Positions 17,652 to 26,878 of a stretch of 64,000 nt of DNA are shown here, piece by piece (positions within the stretch are counted from its first letter, which is position 1; each line of letters opens with the position of its first letter). The position numbers and the translations under genes were made by a program. The notes under the pieces are model-generated. The model was not told the origin of the DNA. It saw only the letters and a program-made list of their open reading frames with translations, and did not search any database. The stretch lies in the NCBI GenBank assembly GCA_036490175.1, contig DASXEJ010000343.1, positions 18,365 to 82,364 on the forward strand, in the 5' to 3' direction. This DNA comes from Pirellulales bacterium (GTDB lineage Bacteria; Planctomycetota; Planctomycetia; Pirellulales; JACPPG01).

Positions 17652-18017
17652 TTGCTCGCTGCCGCTATGGTGCAAATTCGCCGGCAAAGAGACGTGACGG
17701 TAATTGCGCTCGATGCGGAGTACGGCGCGCTGGATCAAGCCAGGTTTCAGGATGCGCGCGATCGGCTATTGGCCGAAGCGCAATCCGCCGAGCCGCCACT
17801 GGTGGCAATCGACCTCTCCAAGACGAGCTACATGGGGTCGGCATTCATCGAGGTGCTGGTACGCGTTTGCAAGCGAGTTAATGCACGGAACGGCCGGCTC
17901 GTACTGTGCGGAGTGCAGCCTTTTTGCGCCGAGGTGTTGGTCACCATGCGGCTGGACAAGATTTTCGAGACGTTTCCAGACGTCGACGAAGCGGTGAGTG
18001 AATTAAGCAAGGCGTAA
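17652..18017 (+). CDS. STAS-domain anti-sigma-factor antagonist-like protein
   Basis: ..VTVIALDAEYGALDQARFQDARDRL..PLVAIDLSKTSYMGSAFIEVLVRVCKRVNARNGRLVLCGVQPFCAEVLVTMRLDKIFETF.. is a typical SpoIIAA/STAS layout. Start is uncertain: TTG 17652 is 17 nt after AGGAG, and ATG 17667 is an alternative. Confidence 0.8.
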   Translation: MLAAAMVQIRRQRDVTVIALDAEYGALDQARFQDARDRLLAEAQSAEPPLVAIDLSKTSYMGSAFIEVLVRVCKRVNARNGRLVLCGVQPFCAEVLVTMRLDKIFETFPDVDEAVSELSKA

Positions 18018-18071
18018 CCCCGCGATGCCATTTCGCCTAGTGCCAGTTTCCGGAGCGAACTCGGCGGGCGC

Positions 18072-18105
18072 AAAGAAAAACCGGCCGTCTCGAAGAGGCG
18101 TCCGG
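18072..18105 (-). terminator. Rho-independent terminator for the small minus-strand ORF
   Basis: The minus strand reads CCGGACGCCT-cttcg-AGACGGCCGG (10-bp stem with one mismatch and one G-U) followed by TTTTTCTTTG. Lies about 40 nt after the stop at 18143. Confidence 0.6.
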
Positions 18106-18142
18106 TGAAGAAGAAACAATGCCAGATGTCCGCAAGGTGTGC

Positions 18143-18385
18143 TCAAGCGGACGGACGGCGACAATGTTGATAGGCCAGAATAACCTCGTACAGATCCATC
18201 GAGATGGTGATCTCGTCATCCTCGAAGTCGCGTAGCCAGGTGCGCTCGCTGCGCACGGCGTCGGCTAGTAGAGGAAAAATCTCGCCGAGTCGAAGCTGCA
18301 CATTGTGCTCCTGCGCTTGCGACCGCCCTGCGGTGGTCGTGGCAGACTCGGGACCGTGATAAACACGCAATTGGCTACGGGACAT
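18143..18385 (-). CDS. Small hypothetical protein (80 aa)
   Basis: ATG 18385 with AAGGA 9 nt upstream and its own terminator downstream. Acidic C-terminal half (..WLRDFEDDEITISMDLYEVILAYQ..). No family recognised. Confidence 0.45.
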   Translation of the reverse strand: MSRSQLRVYHGPESATTTAGRSQAQEHNVQLRLGEIFPLLADAVRSERTWLRDFEDDEITISMDLYEVILAYQHCRRPSA

Positions 18386-18675
18386 GACAACGCATCCTTA
18401 CGTCGCGGATCCCTGGGACGAGCATCGGGCCGCACCGCTAGCACCCGATGTCGTGTGCGCGGAAAACAACGCGCACCGCTCTGCGCCCACCCTGGTTTCG
18501 TGTTGCATGTATCGGCTAAGAGCGTTCTGCAGGTTTGATCTATTTGGCCGAGAAAGCATTCTTTTCGCAGAGTCCGCGTGGCACCGATTGCCGGTGCGTA
18601 TACATGGTTGAAATCTGGGGTCTCCCGATTTACGGGAATTGCGCAGGCTGGGTAATATTGTGACCTCTCGGCGGC

Positions 18676-18704
18676 TTGACACGAATGTCGGGTGTTTCTA
18701 GATT
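18676..18704 (+). promoter_or_regulatory. Sigma70-like promoter upstream of tex
   Basis: TTGACA (18676-18681), 17-nt spacer, TAGATT (18699-18704), about 78 nt upstream of ATG 18782. Confidence 0.45.
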
Positions 18705-18781
18705 GCGAAACGATTAAGGCCTTGGCAGAAGGAACCTTGCGTCGAAGGCACCCCCTTCGATCCGCGGGTCATGTGGAGCGT

Positions 18782-21409
18782 ATGATCTCTTCGATCGATC
18801 TCGATCTCATAAAAGTCGCACAGCCGCTCGCCCTATCGCCCGACCGCGTCGCGGCAGTTATCGACCTGCTCGATAGCGGCAATACTGTGCCGTTCATCAC
18901 CCGCTACCGTAAGGATCAGACGGGCGGAATGGATGAAGAGCAGATCCGCGCCGTTCAGGAACGGGTACTCAAGCTACGGCAGCTAGCAGATCGCAAGCAG
19001 ACGATCCTCCGCTCGATCGAATCACAGGGCAAGGCGACGCCGGAATTGACGGCGCTCATCGAGGCCGCGGACACGATGAAGCGGCTCGAAGATCTGTATT
19101 TGCCATACAAGCCGAAGAAGCAAACGCTAGCTACCGCGGCGCGCAGCCGCGGACTGGAGCCGCTGGCGGACGAGATCCTGTCCGGCGATCCCGCCTGCGT
19201 CGATCTCGACGCCCGCGCCGCAGACTTCGTCAATCCCGACCGGCAATTGAAAAACATCGGCGACGTGCTGCTGGGTGTGGGGCACATTTTGGCCGAAGTC
19301 GTTAGCGAGCGCGCCGATCTGCGAGGCCGGCTGCGAACGATTCTGGAAGAAAGCGGTCGCCTGGTCAGTACCGCCACAGAGACCGAATCCAAAGAAACCG
19401 CCCATGCCGCCGAACCGGTCGCGGACCCGGCCGCCGAGCTGGACGGAGAAAAGGCCGAGGCCGTGCCGCCGCCTCCTGTAGTAAAGAAGGGAAAAGGCAA
19501 GCCAGACGGCAAGGCGTTCCGGGATTTCTTCGATTACAGCGAAGCGCTCGCCAAGATTCCACCGCATCGCGTGTTAGCTATCAATCGTGGTGAGCGCGCC
19601 AAAATTCTGCGCATCAAGATCGAAGCCGACACCGAGGGCATGTACCGGGCACTCGACGAATTGGTCGTTGGCGTGGACCGGCTGCACGCCGATTTCTTGC
19701 GTGGCGTCGGTCGCGATGCACTCGCGCGGCTGATCCTGCCCAGCTTGGAACGAGAAATGCGCCGCGAGTTGACCGACCGTGCCGAGACGCACGCCGTCGA
19801 CGTCTTCGCCCGCAATCTGCGCAAGCTCCTACTGCAACCCCCTGTGCGCGACGGACGCGTGTTGGCGCTCGACCCCGGCTTTAAAAGCGGCTGCAAGCTG
19901 GCCGCACTCGACGAGTTCGGCAATTTGCTCGATCATGGCGTGGTGCACCTTGTGGGCAGCGAAGAGCGGCGGGCTGCAGCCAGAGCCAAGATCGTGGAGT
20001 TGATTCACAACCATCGCCTGTCGGTTATCGCAATCGGCAACGGCACCGGTTGCCGCGAGACAGAGCAATTCGCGAGCGAGCTGATTGCCGGCGAACTCGC
20101 GGCAGACAATATTTCTTACGTGATTGTCAACGAGGCGGGCGCCAGCGTTTACTCTACGAGCCAGATTGGACGCGAAGAGTTCCCCGCGTACGACGCCACG
20201 CTACGCGGAGCGATCAGCATCGGCCGGCGCTTGCAGGATCCGCTCTCAGAGCTGGTCAAGATCGACCCGGCCAATATTGGCGTCGGTATGTACCAGCACG
20301 ACGTCAAGGCGAAGCATCTGCGCGAGTCGTTAGACGCAGTCGTCGAGTCCTGCGTCAACTTCGTCGGCGTCGACCTGAACACGGCCAGCGCTCCGCTGTT
20401 ACGTTATGTCTCTGGCCTGAATCAGCTCACCGCGCAGCGACTGGTCAGCCATCGCATGGCGCACGGACCTTTCGCGAGCCGCGCGCAGTTGCGCTCGGTT
20501 TTAGGTTTTGGCGAGGCGGCATTCGTCCAGGCCGCCGGATTTCTCAAAATCGTAGGGGGCGACAATCCGCTCGACGTCACCTGGATCCATCCGGAAAGCT
20601 ACGCTGCCGCCGAGCAGCTGCTCGAAAAAACCGGCGCCACGCCCGCCGTCCTGACCGACAAAGCCCAGGCGGCCGAGTTGGATCAGCGCTTGGCAACCGC
20701 CGATCTGGCGGAACTGGCTACCACGGTGCAGGTCGGCGCACTGACGCTGGCCGACCTTGTGACCCAGTTAGCGCGTCCCGGCCGCGACCCCCGCGAATCG
20801 CTCCCCAAGCCGATTTTCAAGAAGGGAATTCTCAAGCTCGACGATTTGGCGCCGGGCCTGGAGTTGTTGGGCACCGTGCTGAATGTGGTGGACTTCGGCG
20901 CGTTCGTCGACATTGGCTTGAAAGATAGCGGCCTGGTTCACGTCAGCCAATTGTCCGCCAACTTCGTCAAAGATCCCCACGACAGCGTTTCGGTAGGAGA
21001 CATCGTGCGCGTGTGGGTGATGGCCGTCGATAAGGAACGGCGTCGCGTGTCGTTAACCATGATCGATCCGGCCGCGCGTCGTAGCGCCGAAGAGCGACGT
21101 GCACCGCGCGTCGAGAAACGCCGTCCAGAACGGCCGGCAGCCACGCCATCCGGCGGCGGAGGGGGACGTCCAGGCTTTGGGCAGCGTCAAGGCGGCGGTC
21201 AGCGTCCCGCACGCGCGGATAACGCCTACGGCAAGAAGCCGGCGCCGCATTCACCGCCGCGTGCCAAGCCGAAGCCACGCCCCGTCGTGCCGTTGACCAA
21301 GGATATGGCCGAGGGGCGCGAGCCGCTGCGAACATTTGGCGATCTGAAACAGTTCTTCGAACAGAAGCGCCCCGATGAGACATCGGCGGGCGAGCAATCG
21401 TCGAGTTAG
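18782..21409 (+). CDS. tex: Tex-like transcription accessory protein (YqgF/RuvC-like + HhH + S1 domains) with Arg/Gly/Pro-rich C-terminal tail
   Basis: ATG 18782 (MISSIDLDLIKVAQ..VPFITRYRKDQTGGMDEEQI). VLALDPGFKSGCKLAALD (YqgF). S1 domain GTVLNVVDFGAFVDIGLKDSGLVHVSQL. About 110-aa basic tail. Confidence 0.95.
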   Translation: MISSIDLDLIKVAQPLALSPDRVAAVIDLLDSGNTVPFITRYRKDQTGGMDEEQIRAVQERVLKLRQLADRKQTILRSIESQGKATPELTALIEAADTMKRLEDLYLPYKPKKQTLATAARSRGLEPLADEILSGDPACVDLDARAADFVNPDRQLKNIGDVLLGVGHILAEVVSERADLRGRLRTILEESGRLVSTATETESKETAHAAEPVADPAAELDGEKAEAVPPPPVVKKGKGKPDGKAFRDFFDYSEALAKIPPHRVLAINRGERAKILRIKIEADTEGMYRALDELVVGVDRLHADFLRGVGRDALARLILPSLEREMRRELTDRAETHAVDVFARNLRKLLLQPPVRDGRVLALDPGFKSGCKLAALDEFGNLLDHGVVHLVGSEERRAAARAKIVELIHNHRLSVIAIGNGTGCRETEQFASELIAGELAADNISYVIVNEAGASVYSTSQIGREEFPAYDATLRGAISIGRRLQDPLSELVKIDPANIGVGMYQHDVKAKHLRESLDAVVESCVNFVGVDLNTASAPLLRYVSGLNQLTAQRLVSHRMAHGPFASRAQLRSVLGFGEAAFVQAAGFLKIVGGDNPLDVTWIHPESYAAAEQLLEKTGATPAVLTDKAQAAELDQRLATADLAELATTVQVGALTLADLVTQLARPGRDPRESLPKPIFKKGILKLDDLAPGLELLGTVLNVVDFGAFVDIGLKDSGLVHVSQLSANFVKDPHDSVSVGDIVRVWVMAVDKERRRVSLTMIDPAARRSAEERRAPRVEKRRPERPAATPSGGGGGRPGFGQRQGGGQRPARADNAYGKKPAPHSPPRAKPKPRPVVPLTKDMAEGREPLRTFGDLKQFFEQKRPDETSAGEQSSS

Positions 21410-21413
21410 CCGC

Positions 21414-21884
21414 ATGGACTTTGAAAAGCGCTTGCAAGAAGCGATTTCTCGCGGCCAGCAACAGCATGCCGCCAAATCGCAGACCCAAGCCCAGCAGGCT
21501 GTCAGCGAAGAAGAGTTGCGCCGATTGCACTCGCAATATCGGCTCGAGCTGTCGGATCATATCGAACAAGCGGTGCGGCGGCTGCCGGATCATTTTCTTG
21601 GATTTCGTTACGAATCGCTGTCGGGAGATCGCGGTTGGGGGGGCGCGATCAGCCGCGATGACGTACGCCGTGGCGGCAATTCGTTCAGCCGTTTGGAAGT
21701 GGCCGTACGCCCTTTTTCTGCTTCTCACGTCTTGGAATTGACGGCCAAGGGAACGGTTTCCAATAAAGAAATCTTCAACCGCACCCATTTTCAGCGTATC
21801 TGGGAAGTCGACTTGGCCAGTTACCGCCAAATGGTCGACCTGTGGATCATCGAATACGCCGAACGCTATGCGGCGCAGGCATAG
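21414..21884 (+). CDS. Hypothetical protein (156 aa), apparently co-transcribed with tex
   Basis: ATG 21414 lies 4 nt after the tex stop. Coding-like composition. No family recognised. Confidence 0.6.
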   Translation: MDFEKRLQEAISRGQQQHAAKSQTQAQQAVSEEELRRLHSQYRLELSDHIEQAVRRLPDHFLGFRYESLSGDRGWGGAISRDDVRRGGNSFSRLEVAVRPFSASHVLELTAKGTVSNKEIFNRTHFQRIWEVDLASYRQMVDLWIIEYAERYAAQA

Positions 21885-21935
21885 CAAATCGCCCGTGCGA
21901 TGATTCGCTCCGAGTCATCGTCCTCGTTTACGGCG

Positions 21936-24032
21936 CTAGCCGCGCGCCGTGGACAGTACGGCGGCCGCTTGACGCAAGGCCGCCCAAAGCCGTTGGACCC
22001 CTCCGAGATCATTTGGCCCCAGGGTCTCGCGCGCGTAGGCCATGCGGGCATACAGGCTCGCCAAGTCTTGCACCCCAGCCGCCAGCGGCGGGCGTGCGTC
22101 GGCGAGCCGGGTGGCGAATTCCAGCGGCGTCTCGTCGCTCCGCCGGGCGAGATCTTGTTCGGCAGCCCAGGCCTCGAGCGCCTCGAAGCTGTATTGCACG
22201 ACCGCGTTGGGGGCGTGGCGCGTGGCGGCGCCGCACACAAAAGGATCGGCAAACGACGCGAACGGACGTAACGTTGCGCGTTGCGATTCGAGTTCGGCGG
22301 CAGCCTCGACGGCTTTGCGCCGCCCGCCGAACAGGCTGTTCCAAAGATCCATGAGCTCTTGCCGCAACCGTGCCAGGAGCTCTTTGACCTGGGGCCAATA
22401 CCGCACCAGACAGTAAATGCCGACCAGGATAATGACGGCATAAACGATCATTCTTAATAACGACAGCAGCGACAAGCCCATCGTTAACGGAGCGCTCGGC
22501 AGGGCGGGCGCTTGCTGCGCATGCTGAGACATTGCTTGGGCCATCTTCGACGAAGTCTGATCGCGCGCTTCGGCGGATTTTTCGCTGCGACTCTGAGTCT
22601 CAGTGTTTCCACCCGGTTGGCCAGCGCTCGATTGCGAGTTCGATTGTTGCTGCTTCGCCGCGTTGTCAGTTGCCGGCGGTTTGCCGCCCGATTGTTGTTC
22701 TTGCGGTGCTGCGAGGCTTTGCTTGCCGGCTGGCGACTGCGCATTCTGCTGCGACGCCTGCGAGTTTTGCTGTTGTGCCGCTTGCTGCGGGCTGGATTTT
22801 TGCTGGCCGCTTGAAGATTGCCCGGCCGATTGTTGTCCAGATGGTTGCTGGCCAGATTGCTTTTGTCCGGACTGCTGCGTTGCTGAAGATTGTTGTCCGG
22901 ACGCGTTGGTGCCGGCCGGCGACTGCGACGGATCGGTCGAGCCCGGTTGCTTTCTGTCGGCGCGACTGTCGCCCGAGGTTGTCGAAGGGTCGTTCTGTCC
23001 CTGCGCGGCAGGCGGATCTTGCTTCAGTTGCGCTGGGTCGTTTGCAGGGGCGGTTGACGAAGAATCGCCATGGCCTGGGCTGTTACGTAGCGGTGCGTAC
23101 GAATTGGCATCGCGCTCCGGCGAGCCCAACGAACCAGTGATCGACGAGATTGCATATTCGGGATTAGGGCGTGGAATCAGCATCGCCACGATCAAAATGA
23201 CGACGCCCATCGAGGCGCCTACTCCCAGCCAGGCCCCCGCCATTTCCGCAGGCATTTCCAGCCGGCGCTGTCTCAAGTAACGACGTAGTCCTAAAAAACT
23301 CGTGGTCAGCAACAGGCCGAGCGCGCTTGCTACGTATCTCACCATTAGCCGGAAGGCGTATTGTCGGTCTCCCTCGCCAACAAAGTGTTGGCCCAGTCCA
23401 AAGATCGGTAGCGCGGCCAACGAGAAATAAACCACCGTCAGCCCCGGCGGCGCTGATCGACTCAGGCTCCGCTGCCACCAGGCGAAGAAACGCTTGAACA
23501 CGGGTTGTGGTGGAGCGGGTGGCGCGGTAGTCGCGACCTTTTTGTCCTTCGTGCGTTTCGCGGTAACGGTTTGCTTTTTGGCGGGTGGCGTCGCGCTGGT
23601 TTGCGATTCCGCGAAAGGAGCGTCGAATCCGGCCGCTTCCAGCAAACCCTCGCCAGAGGCGTCATCTTCGTCGTCGACCAGCGTGCAATTCCAGACCAGA
23701 TGACTTGCGCACCACCAGATCACCCCCAGCACGCACCAGGCCCACCAAGGATGGTCGGTGAACTTGATCATGGCCAACGCGGCCACGCCTCCCAAAGCCA
23801 GGCCGAACATGCTTGCCCGCTCGGCTCCTTCCATGATCGAAACACGGCTGATCAGCACCGCGGCGAATACGAAGCAAGTCATCGTCCAGTACATTCGCCC
23901 TTCGAATTCGCCGGCATAGAACACCGTGAGCAGAAAGTACGCCAGGCTGCTGACCAGCACCATGATCAGCGCGGGACTAATGGCGATTGCCATGTAATCG
24001 GCCAGCGTCGGTTCTGGACGCGAGTTTGCCAT
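21936..24032 (-). CDS. Polytopic membrane protein with a ~200-aa Gln/Ser-rich disordered region and C-terminal DUF4129-like domain
   Basis: N-terminal TM helices, then a long SGQQ/QQ low-complexity region (nt ~22500-23130). C-terminus ..ETPLEFATRLADARPPLAAGVQDLASLYARMAYA.. is typical of DUF4129. Sits downstream of MoxR/DUF58. Confidence 0.75.
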   Translation of the reverse strand: MANSRPEPTLADYMAIAISPALIMVLVSSLAYFLLTVFYAGEFEGRMYWTMTCFVFAAVLISRVSIMEGAERASMFGLALGGVAALAMIKFTDHPWWAWCVLGVIWWCASHLVWNCTLVDDEDDASGEGLLEAAGFDAPFAESQTSATPPAKKQTVTAKRTKDKKVATTAPPAPPQPVFKRFFAWWQRSLSRSAPPGLTVVYFSLAALPIFGLGQHFVGEGDRQYAFRLMVRYVASALGLLLTTSFLGLRRYLRQRRLEMPAEMAGAWLGVGASMGVVILIVAMLIPRPNPEYAISSITGSLGSPERDANSYAPLRNSPGHGDSSSTAPANDPAQLKQDPPAAQGQNDPSTTSGDSRADRKQPGSTDPSQSPAGTNASGQQSSATQQSGQKQSGQQPSGQQSAGQSSSGQQKSSPQQAAQQQNSQASQQNAQSPAGKQSLAAPQEQQSGGKPPATDNAAKQQQSNSQSSAGQPGGNTETQSRSEKSAEARDQTSSKMAQAMSQHAQQAPALPSAPLTMGLSLLSLLRMIVYAVIILVGIYCLVRYWPQVKELLARLRQELMDLWNSLFGGRRKAVEAAAELESQRATLRPFASFADPFVCGAATRHAPNAVVQYSFEALEAWAAEQDLARRSDETPLEFATRLADARPPLAAGVQDLASLYARMAYARETLGPNDLGGVQRLWAALRQAAAVLSTARG

Positions 24033-24162
24033 GTCTCGTTCTCAATCACACTTCAGTCGCATGGTCGCGCGCGGGCAATCAAGTAAGCCTGATGATGTCA
24101 CACGCCGTGGGCATCTGCCGACATGTTTCCGCCGCGGGCCATCGTGGCCTTTGAAATATTTA

Positions 24163-25470
24163 TTATCGTATCAATTGTTGCTGGCACACGGCGGCCAGTG
24201 CCGCCTCGCTGGTAACATTGCGTGCATCGACCCCCACGCTGATCAAGCGTCCGAGACATTCGCTGGCCTGGTGCTCGTCGAAAACAATCAAGACGGCCGT
24301 CACGGCATAGCCGCGGCGCCGCAAATTCCCCAGGGCCCAGGCAGTCTCGACCGAAACATCGCCGAGCACGGCCACGACCGACGCATCAGCCGGCAGCCGG
24401 GCCGCAGATTCAAGGACCAACTGCGCAAACGAAAGGCCGTCGGTCAACTCCACGCGGGCCAGCGTTTCCAGGATGCTGCGCAACTGCTCAGCTCCGCGAC
24501 GCGTCGGCACGATCACAGGACACAGCCGGTCGCTAGTCTCGGTCATACTGGCGCTTTGCCGGGCGTTCTTGCGCGTGCGAAATTCGTGATCCCAGCCCTC
24601 TTGCCGAATGCGATCCGCTGCGTCCCGCCCATTGGTCACCAGACCAATCTGCTGACCCATTTGATAAACGGCGTTTGCCAGTGAAGCGGCCGTGGTAACC
24701 GCCAGCTCCGATCGCAGCGGTTCGTGCCGCTTGTGATAAGAATCGGTATGGAAGTCCAACAATACTGTTGCACCCGCGATGCACGAAGGCTCGTAAATCT
24801 TGCTATGCAGCACGCCCGTCCGCGCCGTGGCGCGCCAGTGTACGCGGTTCAGTGCATCGCCCGATTGGTACAATCGCACTCCGCTGGTGCGCGTTGGGTC
24901 TTCGAACAGCCGATGGGTCATCCGCACCTCGCCAATCGGGCGGCGCGAGGCGATGTCGAAGCCCACTAGCGGAACAACCTTCGGATAGACCAGCACGAAG
25001 TGCGGTGCGGCCGCCACGCGCCAGCGGCGGTGTAAGCCGAATAGGTCGCCACTTTCCAGCATGCAGGGGCCTATCTGGTAATAGCCGCGCATCTCGAAGT
25101 GCAGCTGGTACAGCATCAGCTTGCGCCCGTGGCCGGGCACCAAGGCAATCGCCAGCCGTTTTCCCGTAATTTTCAATCGCGGCGGACGCTGCACGAGCGC
25201 GGCGCGCGGCAGCAAGTCTTCCAACAGCACCCAAGGGACCGGCAGCGCGCCGGAATTGGCCACTGTGACAGCCACCGCGACTTTCTCGCCGATTTCGGCC
25301 GACAAACGATTGCACTCGCGCGTCGCCGACAGGCTCTCGATCCACCGTCTGGCCAGAAAGCGGCTCGTCACCAACAGAGCCAACAATACGTACATGGCAT
25401 AGGCCAACAGTCCCAGCTGCAGCACGATTGCCGCCAACAGCAGGAATAGCGCGGCCAGAAACCATCTCAT
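24163..25470 (-). CDS. DUF58 domain protein (MoxR partner)
   Basis: Two N-terminal TM helices and the motif RVHWRATARTGVLHSKIYE. The start ATG overlaps the MoxR stop (ATGA at 25467-25470). Confidence 0.85.
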   Translation of the reverse strand: MRWFLAALFLLLAAIVLQLGLLAYAMYVLLALLVTSRFLARRWIESLSATRECNRLSAEIGEKVAVAVTVANSGALPVPWVLLEDLLPRAALVQRPPRLKITGKRLAIALVPGHGRKLMLYQLHFEMRGYYQIGPCMLESGDLFGLHRRWRVAAAPHFVLVYPKVVPLVGFDIASRRPIGEVRMTHRLFEDPTRTSGVRLYQSGDALNRVHWRATARTGVLHSKIYEPSCIAGATVLLDFHTDSYHKRHEPLRSELAVTTAASLANAVYQMGQQIGLVTNGRDAADRIRQEGWDHEFRTRKNARQSASMTETSDRLCPVIVPTRRGAEQLRSILETLARVELTDGLSFAQLVLESAARLPADASVVAVLGDVSVETAWALGNLRRRGYAVTAVLIVFDEHQASECLGRLISVGVDARNVTSEAALAAVCQQQLIR

Positions 25471-26441
25471 GGCCGGCTCGCTTCGCCTGCGACCATCGGC
25501 ACAGGAACCAGGTCGAGAATCTCGTCGACCACGGTGACGGTCGTCACTTTGCGCAGCCGGCTTTCAGGTCGCAGGATCAATCGGTGGCCGAGCACGGCCG
25601 GGGCCATGCGTTTCACGTCGTCGGGCAGCACGAAATTATGCCCCCGCACCGCCGACAACGATTGCGCAGTGCGCAGCAGCGCCATCGACGCCCGCGGACT
25701 GCCGCCGAGCAAAACGTCGTCGTGTTCGCGCGTGGCGTGAACTAATGCCACGATGTAATTGCGCAGCTTCTCGTCGACGTACACTTCGCGCACCGCTTGT
25801 TGACATGCCAGCACCTCTTCAACGGTGACCACAGTCGTCAATTCATCGATCGGATGCGTGCGCTGCAACCGGTCGAGCATCTTGGCTTCTTCTTCAGCAC
25901 TGGGATAGCCAAGCGACAACCGCACCAGAAACCGATCCAACTGCGCCTCGGGAAGCGGAAACGTCCCTTCGTGATCGACAGGGTTTTGCGTGGCAATGAC
26001 AAAAAAGGGCGCAGCCAACTGGTGGGTCGTGCCATCGACCGTCACTTGCCGCTCAGCCATGGCTTCTAGCAGTGCCGCCTGCGAACGGGGCGTGGCGCGA
26101 TTGATTTCGTCGGCCAGCACGATCTGTGCAAAGATGGGGCCTGGCCGAAATTCAAACTCTGCCGTCTTCTGGTTGAAAATCGAAGCCCCCGTAATGTCGG
26201 AGGGTAGCAGGTCGGGCGTACACTGTACGCGCTTGAAGCTGCAGCCCACGCTCTTGGCCAGCGCCCGGGCTAGCATCGTCTTGGCCACGCCAGGGACGTC
26301 TTCCAGCAGGACGTGCCCTTCACAGAAATAGGCGACCATCGCCAGCACCACTTCTTGTCGCTTGCCGATGATGACCTTTTCGACGTTGGCTATAATCTTC
26401 TTGGCCACGGCCGTGATTTGCGACGAGCGGACGGTCGACAT
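25467..26441 (-). CDS. MoxR-family AAA+ ATPase
   Basis: Walker A LLEDVPGVAKT, Walker B VLADEINRATP, with length and layout typical of MoxR. Confidence 0.95.
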   Translation of the reverse strand: MSTVRSSQITAVAKKIIANVEKVIIGKRQEVVLAMVAYFCEGHVLLEDVPGVAKTMLARALAKSVGCSFKRVQCTPDLLPSDITGASIFNQKTAEFEFRPGPIFAQIVLADEINRATPRSQAALLEAMAERQVTVDGTTHQLAAPFFVIATQNPVDHEGTFPLPEAQLDRFLVRLSLGYPSAEEEAKMLDRLQRTHPIDELTTVVTVEEVLACQQAVREVYVDEKLRNYIVALVHATREHDDVLLGGSPRASMALLRTAQSLSAVRGHNFVLPDDVKRMAPAVLGHRLILRPESRLRKVTTVTVVDEILDLVPVPMVAGEASRP

Positions 26442-26878
26442 GCGAAAATATGCCCGAAGTGTTGTTCCGGAAGAGGGGACTCACCTATATCAACGGCGAA
26501 GCGGCGGGAAAAAGCAAGAGTCGCCGACGGACAGGCAGCCGTTTTCGACCAGCGCCACGACGGTGGGCTCGCCGGGCTGGGGGCGGGGCCGTCTGGCCAA
26601 TGGCCACGCCCTCGACGTGCTGATCGTTTGATCCCGTTCCCAGGCGGAATAAGCCCGATTCTTTGCCAGGCGTGTGCGGGCAAGGCGGTCTTCTCTCGCG
26701 CCTTGTCTTTCTTCGCACTCTTTGGGCCGGTACACTGATTTTCAGACCCGCCAGACGTTGCGTGGCCGTATCGATGACGTGCTTTCGCGACCTCGCCCTT
26801 GGATCTTGCCAAGCCGCAACCCGCTGTAATGCACGTGCCGTTCTGCAACGCCGGCAGACGGCCGAAGGAACCATTTTC

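Noticed and set aside
22500-23130. Repetitive DNA that at first glance could be a tandem repeat or CRISPR-like array
   Set aside because: There are no regular repeat-spacer units. It is imperfect codon-level repetition (SGQQ-type) inside a continuous ORF.
22603-23280. 225-aa Cys-rich ORF (CC repeats) on the plus strand
   Set aside because: It is the reverse-complement reading of the CAG/CAA/AGC-rich segment that encodes the Gln/Ser-rich linker of the minus-strand DUF4129 protein, so it is a compositional mirror image rather than a gene.
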